Under the pieces are notes generated by a model, which did no database searches, was not told the origin of the DNA, and was given only the letters and a program-made list of their open reading frames with translations. 63,840 bases of DNA from Hydrolagus colliei (lineage: Eukaryota), in contig CM068756.1 in NCBI GenBank assembly GCA_035084275.1, positions 1,426,001 to 1,489,840 on the forward strand. Reading direction: 5' to 3'. A program made the position numbers and the translations under genes. How positions within the stretch are numbered: position 1 is the stretch's first letter; each line of letters begins with the position of its first letter. Below are positions 36,767 through 48,638 of the stretch, in pieces.

Positions 36767-39700
36767 ACAAAATATGAGATTGGTACATTCTCCAGGAAGC
36801 AGTTCACTCGACTTTCAATTTACCAGGCAGGCACCAAAGGGAGGAAGGAGCTAAAATGGTGGGATTAACACTTAAACACTAACTGGAGCGTTTGACGGGC
36901 ACTTTCTCTGGAACGTTGAGTAACACGCTACATTCATTCTCAGAAAACTGTGATAAATAAACATGGGCAAGGCTACGGTGAAATGGCAAAATGTTTCTGG
37001 CTTTACAAACTCTTTGTGGCTGTGCAAAAGGTCATCTTGGTCAGAGTTTTGCATACTAGATGTACGTATTTATTTTCACTTTATTCCAAGGCCTGCTATC
37101 ATTCACACCCTGCGAAAAGCCAGGACAGACCCTTCTCTGTGCTCCCTGACAGATACTAATGGTTACTGGCCTCTGCGCCTGTAAACCAAACTGCCTGCTT
37201 TGCATTCCTGGCATTAATGAAGACTTTCACTCAGGTTTGCACTTCCACTGTGTAAACAAAATGGCCCAAACACCTCCTGTAACATTACTTTAAAGCACAA
37301 TACAAGTTTAGCTCAAAACAAAACATCTCTTGTAGCAATCGCACGACACTGGCAACACACTGAAGACAACTGAGAGTGCGCATCTAGCGTACACTTCGCT
37401 CGCAAAATACCCAGTCAATTCACTTTACACACCACGCTTCCCAGAACCACTTTGGCACAGGCTCCACTGTAGCACAGGGGTATTTGCATTCAAACGGTTG
37501 TCACGTTTGGAACTGACAACTTGACATCAAACCTTTAGACTGGGGAACACGCATCAGTTTATCTCAGAGGGTTTCAAAAATCGTACTGCCTCCTTTCCTT
37601 TGGCGTTCAGAAGTTTCCTGCTCATTTCCTTCAGCTAAAACATGCGTTCGAGGTGACGGGACAATACAGAAACAGCAAGGAAAAAAAACAGCATCCCGAC
37701 CCTAGCGTTGTAACCAGAGTATCTTTGCTTTTTTGGGGGCAGCGATAGGGGTAGGAGAACATGAAAGGACGTGTATTACAAGCAGTAGAATTATCCTGTT
37801 CATTGATTTTAGCTCTGGGGTATTACAGAGAGCACTTGATTTATCTGGAGATTTTACCAAGCCTACTCCTGACTTTTAAACCTAAACGAGACTTTAAAGG
37901 CTTATCCACAAAATAATCTATTAAATACAGCAACATTTGAACCTTTAGTGTGAGCATTTAAAGATACCATCTTTTTGGTGATCTAAAGGCACATTAACAT
38001 GACTTGCTCTCACTTCCTCTGGACAGAGACGTTTCACACATGCAGGATATGCTAAGTAGCCACCAATCGTTTCACACCATTTCAATACAGTATTTCCACA
38101 CCAACCCACAGGCTTTTACGGGGAAAAGGTACACTTCATAGCAGACCATCTCCGCCAAATGGGTTCATTTGCTTGTCTCAGTGAAACTATCCTTTCACCC
38201 AGGATATAAATCTAATTTTACAGCTCAAACATGATCCTGTATGGTTACACGTTTATCTGTGTGAAGCATCTAAACTGAAGAGATCACTGACGTTTATTTG
38301 GTAAACATCTCACCTGCATTATGCCAAGAAAACATAGAACGTCCTCATGACCATTAGCACTTCAGGCCATTCCATTGATGCACAAATTGACATTTAATGC
38401 ATGTGAAGTCCAATATCCGCAACACAAGGAGCAATAAGATGGTGTAGGTTCCCTTTACATCCCAAACGCTCCTCAAATTGGACCGTTCAGCACTGCAGGC
38501 TGCTCTACAAGTTGCTCGAAACCAGAAAATTGCAATCGTTCCCTTTGCATTTCTGTTTCACATAATGCTAGAGTCTGAGCGTTTGCATCCCCAAATGTGC
38601 CATTCAGACAATGTTGAGGTGCATTCCAGATAGTTTGCAGGTAAAATACAGCTTGTCCATCCCGACTGCGTAACCCAAGTTATGTGGTGGGCTGATTGAA
38701 GTTTGCTGTGTGAGCAGAAGCATTGTGTCCTGTCTGTCTGGTGGCATGTCGAGCTCATTAAAGGTTAGTGCTTCATTGAAGTGGCAACATTGGACCAGCT
38801 TTACACAAAACCTTTTGTCCGAATGAAAAACACTTCTTCACTGTTTTTGTAGAATTTTGTAAAGGATTTTTGGGGGGGGTTTTAAAAGTGGTTTTGTGCC
38901 TAGTGACAGATTGGGACAGAATGGAAACACAAACTTGCCTGACTCCCAAATCACTTCCAGAATAGTGTGGTTTCTTTCAAAATCCCTCGGACAATGTTGG
39001 TGTACACAAATCTGCTCCAAACCATTCAAATCGATACGTTGTTCATCCACATTGTCCCAGGCTGGAATCTCCATTGAAGCCACTTCCTCATCAGAAGGGT
39101 GCTTGAATATGGAGTTTCAGTCCAATCCCTTCTTTTCCCCGCAACGCACAACACAGTGCATAACAGCACCCCACCATCTAATGAACTGAACTTTGGAACT
39201 CTGCTCTCCTGGCTTAGAAGTCCACCTTTCTAACATATGTTACCCCCAGAATGTTCCACATACATTCTAAAAAGGACGTCTTTAGTTAACGATTCCTGCT
39301 TTCCTTGTTGACTTCATTCATTTGGCTGATAAATTCCCAGCTGTCGGTGGCACATGCTCTTGTGCTCACACCACATCTTAGGTTTTCTGGTTTGCTAGCT
39401 ACTGTATTATATTTGCCACTCTCTTCTCCCACTGGGACAATGTCCATCAACACAAAATGGGACCTACTGTCATCTCGATTAGAGACACCCCCATCCAAGA
39501 ATTTGCCATTGACAAAAGTGAGCGGAGTAATACTGGGTGTAATACTCGCGGAAAGGAACAATTAAAAGTTTAAGAAAATTTCCCGGAACCTGCAAACAGC
39601 AACAGTTTGGGTATAAACAGGCAGGTGGTGTGCAGTATAGGGAGCAAATTGAACTGTACAGCAAATTCTGTCTTTCATTTTGAATCAACATAAATAATTG

Positions 39701-40059
39701 TGTAACACCTGACATCCTCTTAGGACCATTGATTCCTGACTTGTCTCCTCTACTTGTTCCACGAAATACAAACAATGTGAGCCTAATGATCTTGCCAATT
39801 ACAGTCTGCACACAACATCGGCAAAATACTTGGGCTAATAAGAGTCGATCAAGATAAGGCTTCCTTTAACAATGGTGATGTTTTCTGCAATAACGCCAGT
39901 TTTCAATGCCAAGATTTTCAAAGTAAGCTTTCCCTCCACCCTCCCCGTCTCGGTTCTGAAACAATGACTATCCAGCGCCTTGGGACGTCTTCCTGACATG
40001 AAAGGCGAGTCTAATTTTGTTGCTGTTGTTCTGTCTTTCCCCGACATTAAAACCACCTT

Positions 40060-40167
40060 AACAGATACCCTACAAAACATCGCCAATCCCTTACAGTGAA
40101 TCCTGTGAAGCACTTTGGGATGTCCTCCAGACATAAAAGTGACTAGATCAAATGCAAGGTTATATTA
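40060..40167 (+). mobile_element. SINE 3' end
   Basis: 'tgtgaagcactttgggatgtcc...atcaaatgcaaggttatatta'. Confidence 0.6.
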
Positions 40168-40744
40168 CCACCCACCCCTACCCCCACACCTACAGGCAGA
40201 CAACCAATGTCAAGGCAAGATCCCAGCACAGCCCTCCGCATCTGCTCGAGTCAGTTCTGAAGGCAGCCTGCAGTATAAATGTGCCGTCAAGAGCCACAGC
40301 CTTTGCAGAGGCAGGTTCAGCTCTGGAAGATTAGCATCACTGACATAAAGGTCCTGATCCTTTGTGTTTTCTGACAAATATGGTCCCTTCACTCCAGCTT
40401 TAACCTCCACTGAGGTATTTACACACAGTGGGGTGTGGAGATAAGTTTTACAATGACCACCGATTAACATCTCACCTTATTCCAGGTATTGATGATGTGC
40501 CAAAAGCGACACTGTTTATTGATGGCCACTTGTCAATTTATCAGAAACCTAGAAGTTATAAATGGCCAAGACTGACTTCAAAAGAAAGCGTTAAACTTTA
40601 GACCAGATCAATACTATTCACACCACAAATCACATTATGACATGTACATTTTTAACACCATCCACACAGCAGTAAAGCAGCTCATATCAGCTAGTTTGGA
40701 ACTGCATTGAGATAGGAGTGAGCAAGGAATTTACTGCCTCCTGC

Positions 40745-41258
40745 ATAATAATAATCATGATAATATTAATCATTCTTGCATTTGACAGAACACCAATGAT
40801 GATAATACAAAGGTCTAACAGGTCATTGCTGCTGAGTGTAGTGACTGCGTAGTTGTAGGCAAATGTCACAGGCAATTTGCACACGAGAATCTCCAACAAA
40901 CAGCCAACAAATGAATGACCAATCTATCTGTACGTCACTAGGAGAAACATCCTCCTCTTTTCCAATATGCGCCATGGGATCCTTTAACATGGGATCCAAA
41001 CCAATAGACAGGACCCTTGGTTCAACGTGTCACCCGAAGGACGACATTTCCAACATTGAAAAACCAACACCACAACAGCAACTTGCATTTATACCGTGCC
41101 CTACATTCGGGTAAGTGTCTCGGAGCGCGTAAATGCAGCGCTCCTCAGCATCGCAACCACGTGCATGTCTAGACTGTGAGCTCAATGTTCGGGGGTCCAA
41201 GTCTGTAACCTCCTCACCCGGAGGCAAGAATGCTACCAAATGAGACAAGCTAACACCT
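40745..41258 (-). mobile_element. SacSINE1-like SINE with nested L2 tail (about 41060-41135)
   Basis: Deu core 'gtagtgactgcgtagttgtaggcaaat...caatttgcac', body 'gccatgggatcctttaac...cttggttcaacgtgtcacccgaaggacgac' and head '...ggaggcaagaatgctacc...aagctaacac'. Confidence 0.75.
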
Positions 41259-42824
41259 TGAAGTTACATGGGGACACTAGCAGTTAGAATTAGCGCACAA
41301 TTATATAGCACCAAACTTAACAACCCTTTAAACACCGAGATTGCTCGTCTGGGAATGTACAGAAGAACACGTATCCTGTGTGGCACAACACACAATAACC
41401 AGCACAAACACCCCGCAACTCTGACTGTTTCTGAAATGCTACAGATGTGTTGCTATTATCCAACCCAAAGGGCTGATTTGCAGAAGGCAGAAAAACAACA
41501 ATTGCTACAAGTCCAAGCACTTCACATTGGCAGCCCATAACCAGGGCAGGCTAAGCCAGCCAGCCAGCAAGTTACTGTTTTGCTGCCGATCATTCCGTCT
41601 ATCCGGAAGTCAGCTCACATTGACCGTTAACCTCCTCAGCCAGACACGTTCCTATTTCCAATCTCAACCAAGCACACGGACAGGCTCCAGTAAGCCACAG
41701 ATATGTTGGTGCACGTTTCTTACACGTCTATCTTATCTCTCGGGCTTCAGACAATGCACCAATCCGACTGGTTGCCACCTGGAGCCTGGCAAGGAACAAG
41801 CAACCGCTGTACTGTATCTTGACGGGAACACAACTCCTCCCCCATTTTCCTCCCAATTCCCTCATTTTCCCCAGCGCGCATATATGTGAAAATGATGAGC
41901 TATGGAGGCAAAGGAATCCCACTATGACATGATCCACAGTGAAGCTCGGCATACGCATTGAATAAAGAAAGCCTCCCCCCCAGCTGGAAACAGGTTAAAT
42001 AATCCTTGCATTTGATGCTCTAGCTTTAATACTCCAATTCATACTCCGATTGAGACTAAACATCTGAGATTTTAAGCAAGCCATAGCCAAATTTTTATCT
42101 TGTATTTAAAATTAATTTTAAAAACCTATCCTCGTTCAACACACTGTTAAACTAGCATTGAACTGGATTTAACACAGTCACCAAGAAATCACCTACATTT
42201 AATAAGCCTTAATCTGGAGCTAGCGTTTGAGTGTTTTGTTTATGCGTGCCCCACTTTACTACTGGTGTCAAAAATAAGGAGAACCGAGAAAGAATTCCAA
42301 CAAAAGCAGTTGTCGTGTAGCAGCAAGCAGCGTCTGAGCTGCCGAAATAGTGTTTCAACTTGTTCTGAGTCTGTCATTTCTACACCAACCAAGCAACGCT
42401 CGCTCTTCCTACCCCAACCTCTTCTGCGAATCATATTAATGGGGGAGTGGGAGCGGGGAGGATAATGGAAGTTAAAAAAAAAGAGAGGCAAAAAAACAAG
42501 AGTGGTTCCAAATTGTGAGGAGACGAGAAAACAGAAGAACAGCCCTCAATTAGAAATCATTTGATGCAGGCAATTAAAAGAGAAATTGCTGCACTGATTC
42601 TCAAAAGGTAAACAAACATCCAGCAGCAGAAACAACTGCCTAAACTTCAAAGAGGTAAGTGCAGACTTAACAATGGACTCTGCTCTAGCTGTAGCATTTG
42701 GATTAACTTTCTTTCCAGGAACAGTAATTTCTATTATTTAACTGCAAACTGTCAACTGGGGCTGAAGTTATTGACAGCTTTCAGATCGTAAAAATAACAA
42801 CAACAACGGGCTTTGCTCCAGCTG

Positions 42825-43305
42825 ATACTGGAGCATTGGTTGCACTTTCGCTTCTCGCTCAGACGTTTGGGGGGTTCACATCCCACGTCAGGATTCTGAA
42901 CTCACAATCTAGGCTGAGGCCCCAGTGCAATACAGGGGGAACAACAACAACAACAACAACAAAATTACACTTGTATAGCGCCTTTCAAATCAGGAGGACG
43001 TCCCAAGGCGCTGGACAGTCATTTTTCAGACCCGGGCTGGGGGACAGGGAGGGTGGAGGGAATATTTTTTGTCAGAGGTGCCGGCATTTAGATGAGAGGT
43101 TTAAAAATCCCATGGCACTATTTGAGAAGTCCTGACAACAATCCACAGGAAAAAATCAGACATCAGTTCGTGGGACATTGCTGTCTGCAAGTCACTGCCA
43201 CAATTGCCTAAATGCAGAGTCACTACACATTACAGTAAAATCCTGTGAAATACTTTGGAGGCACTGGCAATGTGATACAGCACTATATCAAACGCTAAGA
43301 GTATT
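42825..43305 (+). mobile_element. SacSINE1-like SINE with nested minus-strand L2 tail (about 42940-43055)
   Basis: Head 'gggttcacatcccacgtcagg...cacaatctaggctga', insert 'aacaacaac...gcgcctttcaaatcaggaggacgtcccaaggcgctg', then resumes 'tgtcagaggtgcc...aaatcccatggcactatttga...gtgggacattgctgt'. Confidence 0.75.
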
Positions 43306-43309
43306 ATAG

Positions 43310-43460
43310 ACACTAAGCACGTCATTGAAAATCTCTCAAAGCACTCCACGGGATTTGAAGTGTGAAAAAAACCCATAGGATTTACTCAAACAGCAAAGTG
43401 ACTAGTTAATTTTGTGGGTGAACATGGCAACAGTTTGCACACAGCAATGTCCCACAACCA
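43310..43460 (-). mobile_element. Deu-domain SINE fragment
   Basis: 'tctcaaagcactccac...ttttgtgggtgaacatggcaacagtttgcacacagcaatgtcccacaa'. Confidence 0.7.
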
Positions 43461-46450
43461 GCAGATGAAGGCAGACCAAGGCAATTGTGCAACTCGGGCA
43501 CTAAGGAAAGGGTTGGTGAGGGAGAAAAGAGAACTGGTCATCTTTTGAGAAGCTCTATTGATACCTGATGTTCTATAGGAAACATCAGCTGCAAGAGACT
43601 AACAAACGGGGGGAAAAAAAAGTTTTAAACGTTTACTTTATTCCCTTTCAACTCTGGCATCTGACGCAGGTGAGTTTAGGAAGTGCATCGGGGAGGTTTC
43701 AAAGTGTGTTGAAAATATCAATCAGACACTATGTCAAACTCCTTAAGCAAACAGTTCTTCATCAGCAAGAAGCGGGCCTCTCTGCACTTGTCTATGAAGA
43801 GCATAATTAGGTCACGTGAGTAACAGGAGTGTCAAATGTCAGTAACTTCGGTGCTAAAGTACGTTCGCTGCCCTATCGACTGGGCTCCCGCCAACCCCCC
43901 CACCCCTGACATGGGACAAATTCCAGTAGCAAGTGACAGTGCCCTTTCTAAAGCAAACCAATGGAACACCCTTCCCTCCCCCCCCCCCCCCCCCCACCCA
44001 CCCCCCCCCCCGCAATGTTCTGTTAACAAAAACATGTTGTTGAGTTACAGCTTTTTTCCGCCTTATATAAGTACTGGGAATATTGTGTTCACTAATGATA
44101 GGATCTCATTTAGATGGTGTTTCTCTTGGTTACAATGCAACACGTTTGTGTTCGTAAGGCAGCTGGGCAATGGGCAGCAACACCAGGGCATTTAGTCAGC
44201 CAATTATTCTTCGGGTTGGTGTGGTCCGTCAACTCAACTGGAATACACACTACAGCAATCGCACAGCATGCGGGAAGCAGAATCCCGTTCCTGATAACAG
44301 CCAACAGATTTATCTGGGTGCGGAGAGCTACTTGAAGTTGGAATAACCCGGGATCGGGAGGGAAGCATTTCAAACTAGGCGTTCGCTTCTGTTTTAACAT
44401 TCCTGCTATTTGCAAGATTTCTAAATGTCTATTAGCTGTTATTGTGCAGGTAGTTTTTCTCCCTTTGTGGTAAAGCTAATGCAAATTGCTGAGTATAGAT
44501 TTTATATGACCTGCTGCACAGTGTAAAGCCCTGGTATAAAGTGAGATAAATTGCACCTGTTACTGATCACTGGAGGGTTTGATGAAATTCTATAGCGACC
44601 CAGAATAGGTGCGTTTTCACAAGGAATAAACTGTGTGTTTTTCACATTACAGTTTTCTCAATTACTACTGGGCCTGCCAAAAAGATATTCCAGTTAAACA
44701 GCTTCTTAAATTTCAATTAGACTAACACGATTTTAACCTTGCAGGCCAACGCACGAGAATGGATAAGAGAAGAAACCAATAGTGGGGGTGAGGGAGAAAG
44801 GAGAAAGAGGGAGGTTAAAAGCCTTAAAACGATTTGATTGCAGTTCCTTTCACTTTCGGCAAAAGCCCCTGTAAAATTTATTCTGTCCGTCTCACCTCCC
44901 CCGCCCAACAAAAAAACGCACACCACCACCTTTTCAACGCGATGTCTCCATTATTTAGGGAGCTGTGAGCGATTGAGGTCCTACTCTACGGTTTTGTCGT
45001 GGGGGTGAGGTGCACAACACAGTGGACATGGCAGTTACATAAAAACCAGAATGTCCTAAATGCCCAACCCACCTCCTCTCCCTGTCCCCCCCTAATTATT
45101 TAAAAGTATAATTTCTGTTTGCAGCCAAGCCTTTTCCATTCCATACCCTTCGCTTTGGGATACTTAAACGGTCTGCACTATTCTGAAGTGGTAAATGAAC
45201 AACAGCTGGGCAGAGATCACAGGCTTGCAAGATATTACAGACAAATTTTCTTTGCATTCATTGACTTTGGTCAAGTAAATGTGCTCTGAGAGCGATGCAG
45301 TGTTTTAATAAGTAATGTGGAGAAAAACCTGATGCGTCCTGACTTTCTCCGAGGATGTTTTTTGATCGTTTGTTATTAAAGCTCGGCAAACGCTATCAGG
45401 AAAGCACAAAGGAAAATCTCTTGTGCAGCACATCAAGGGTTAGGGCGAGGGTGAGTACGAGGGTAAGGGTGGGCAGGCTTCCAGCTCCGGCCAATTGCAA
45501 ACCGAAAATCCGATCCAAGAGTAAGAGGACGGACGGCTTGTACACAAAGAGAACAAGGGAAGCCAGTTTATCTCAAGGCCAGAATGTGCCGGAGGCATGA
45601 CAAAGCACATGCAATGTTGGTAAACTTATTCTGGGCATTTTGAACCACACGGACCATTTTAATCTCCATAGAAACGGCTGGCTGCTTACGCAAAATGTAA
45701 CGATTAATCACTGCTTTGATAACAATGGCGTGAATCAGCGACCACAAAAGTGCGTGTTTTTTTTAATGTAAAAAAAGATGCACTTAGTATTCTCCTGGGC
45801 TGTGTTACCAAGACAGGCAGCATAACAGTTTGCATGCACAGAGCCCACGATAGTGGTCGCGGTGTGTGTGTGGGAGAGTCGTAGCAGAGTAGGGGGAGAG
45901 GAGGGTCTCAAAACCACAAGGATGGGTACAAAATATTAAAACGTATACCTCTCAGTTCATTAAATGCGTAGCATCCATTTCCAGAGCAGCTGACCAGGGC
46001 TGCAGGTTATTGCCATGAAAGGAGGATTTCAATCGAAGCAATGTTGGTATTCAACACAGATTTGTGTCGGGTAGGATTACTGCAATCTTAATTGGTTTAA
46101 TTCACCCAACTTCAGGAAATGGCTGACCAAAGCAAAACAAAATATTCCCCGGCCTTGGATTGCTGTTAAATGCAGCAAAAAAAAACTTGTCCTTCCGGTC
46201 ACCTTGGTTAACTGTCTTAAGCAGCCAATTTTGCTTCATAACCAACAGCTTTCTAATTTAATTAAATGCAATCTCTACCTGGATTATGCAGGCTGGTAAA
46301 ATTTATAGGGTAGCAATGCAAGCAAGTAAAATAGCATGGACCTTTAAACACCATCACAGCTACAGTGTAGTAAAGCCATTATTGTATGATTTTGAGATCA
46401 AAACTATATACAGTATTATTACACATATATAAATAAAATGCTGTTACTAA

Positions 46451-46608
46451 ATCCCACGACTGTTTGTAGGACATTGATGTGCCAATTGGCGGCTACCACA
46501 GTTCCCCCACAAAATACATAGTTAATCTATTGTATAATATACTCTGTGAAGCGCTTTGTGACGTCTCAATAACTTGATAAGGCCCTATAATCAAATCCAA
46601 TATTATTA
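46451..46608 (+). mobile_element. Deu-domain SINE, 5'-truncated
   Basis: 'cacgactgtttgtaggacattg...ctgtgaagcgctttgtgacgtc...tattatta'. Confidence 0.8.
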
Positions 46609-47484
46609 CTGTTAATGGGCTGAACAGTTACTTAAGCGATCACGTTGCCTTGTCCTGGAAGGGTTTTGACAAGAGAGCAGAGATTTTAACGTACTTACAA
46701 TTTTAAACTGCCCCATACGTTAGAGAGGGGCATATTGCCACGATTGTCAAAAGATAAAAGTTGCAGAGAGAACGCATTCACTCCAGGCCATTCCAGACCC
46801 AGTGTACTTCTGACTTCAGTCAATTGATCAGTATCGCCTGTTGGACTGAATTAAGGCAGTTGTTCAAGTACTACAAACTTGTTCAAAGTCCTGTTTAAAA
46901 TTCATGGCAATTGTCACTGCAAACATTAACGAATGCATGTGAGCTCTCTATAGATCTGAAATTCAGTATGTCGCAAGGTTATTTAACGGCTATTCTGGCT
47001 GATAGCGCCTTTTAATACAGTATCTCCAGTTGTTTTACAGAGTCTATTAATTGTAATAATATCTTTCTCAGAACTGCTGGTGAAGCTAGGTGGTCCATCC
47101 AGCGCTTTATTACATTGATTCTGCTGAGCAGGCAGAGAAAGTGAGGAGAGAAGAGAAAGCTTTTTACTTCAAAGATCATGTGTCCAACAGGGATTTTTCC
47201 ATCTAAACAAGTTAGGTGCACGAGCAGCGTACAGAGACTTTTGCAGAGTGCAGGAGAAAGCACCCAATAAGCAAATGCTACTGAGCCCATTTCTTCCTCA
47301 GACCACGTGCGATATTATGGGCTCTGACCAATCCATTTTACACAATTTCCTCCGCAACGAGCTCGTGAGTTTAATCCCACTCGCCCATTAGCTCTGCGCA
47401 CCAACTGATATTTCCCTCCACAACACAAATCTAACCCTACGTGATTTACACCAGACGTCATTCAAGACACAACAGCTACAGGGT

Positions 47485-47806
47485 GGAGTTCTGTAGCTCA
47501 GTGATTAGAGCACTTGTCTTACAAGTGTGAGACCTGTGTTAAAATCCAGGCAGGCCGAAACCTTGGACAAGTTTCCTTATTCCACATACCTAATAATAAT
47601 CCATCAAAAAACACAATAATAAATCAATCCACGATTGTTTGTGGGACACTGCTGTGTGTAATTGACTGACGCTTTTCGCCCACAAATGTACAATCAATTT
47701 ACTTCACAGGAAATTCTGTGAAGTGCTCTGTCTAGAAATTCTGTCCAAACGACGTGAAAAGTGCTATATCAAATGCAAGGATTCTTTTTCTTCTTATTAT
47801 TATTAT
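47485..47806 (+). mobile_element. Full-length Deu-domain tRNA-SINE with 11-bp target-site duplication
   Basis: Head GGAGTTCTGTAGCTCAGTG, Deu core and (TTA)n tail. AGCTACAGGGT occurs at both 47474-47484 and 47807-47817. Confidence 0.92.
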
Positions 47807-47901
47807 AGCTACAGGGTTCCCAGAGTTCAGGAACAATCACATTCCACCTGGCATTTGATTCTCTCCATCTGTACTTATCCTTCTCAAACGAAAACAAATT
47901 A

Positions 47902-48082
47902 AAAACAATAATAATTTAGTCACTCAATCCATGACTATTTATGAGACACTGCTGTGTGCAATTGGCTGCTGTGTTTCACCCAAAAATATGCAGTCATTTT
48001 ACAATATATCTGTGAAGCGCTTTGAAATGTCTAGAGGATGTGAGAAAGTGCCATATCTAATGCAGGGATTATTATATTATTT
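47902..48082 (+). mobile_element. Deu-domain SINE, 5'-truncated
   Basis: 'gacactgctgtgtgcaattggctgctgtgtttc...tgtgaagcgctttg...gggattatta'. Confidence 0.85.
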
Positions 48083-48089
48083 TAATAAA

Positions 48090-48410
48090 TATCCATCCAG
48101 TTCTTCTTAGAAGCTCTTAAATCACCAAAGCATTAGGTGCTTTAGATGTGCGTCTATTCCACACATCCACTCGTCTGTGAGAAAAGTTCTTTCTAATCCC
48201 AAGCCTTGTGTAAAACTGGTTAATTTTACACTCCTGTCCTCTAAGTCTACACTGACCGTTCAAGTTAAATAACCTGCTTACATCTATATTAACCACTCCT
48301 CTCAGCATTTTAAAAGCATGGATCACATTCACTCCCAATCTTCTTTGCTTTAATGAAATCAAGTTCAGTGCCAACTTATAGCAGTTAAGTCACTCTCTAA
48401 TGCCCTGATG
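48090..48410 (-). mobile_element. CR1 LINE ORF2 C-terminal remnant
   Basis: ORF ALNLISLKQRRLGVNVIHAFKMLRGVVNIDVSRLF...RLRGQ..K...RLGIRKNF.SHRRVDVWN matches the CR1 motif series LxxRRLRGDLI-FK-RGH-RKNFFSxRVVxxWN. Confidence 0.85.
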
Positions 48411-48459
48411 TCCTTTTGAAAGGAGACGTGCAAATATGATAGCCTCTAGGTCTGCCAAG

Positions 48460-48638
48460 CTGCAAGCTCCACATCGGGACTTTGACCTGATAATCCAGGC
48501 TGACATTTTCAGATAATGCCATCCTTTGGATGAGACATTAAACAATGAGGTCCTGTCTGCCTGCTCAGGTTAATTTTAAAGATCCCATGGCACAAGTCAA
48601 GAAAGACAAGGGAGTTTCTCTGAGTGCCTGGGCCAACA
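48460..48638 (+). mobile_element. SacSINE1-like SINE fragment
   Basis: 'taatccaggctgaca...cctttggatgagacattaaac...aaagatcccatggcac...gggagtttctc...cctgggccaaca'. Confidence 0.75.

Noticed and set aside
48117-48374. 85-aa ORF as a host gene
   Set aside because: It is a degraded CR1 ORF2 C-terminus
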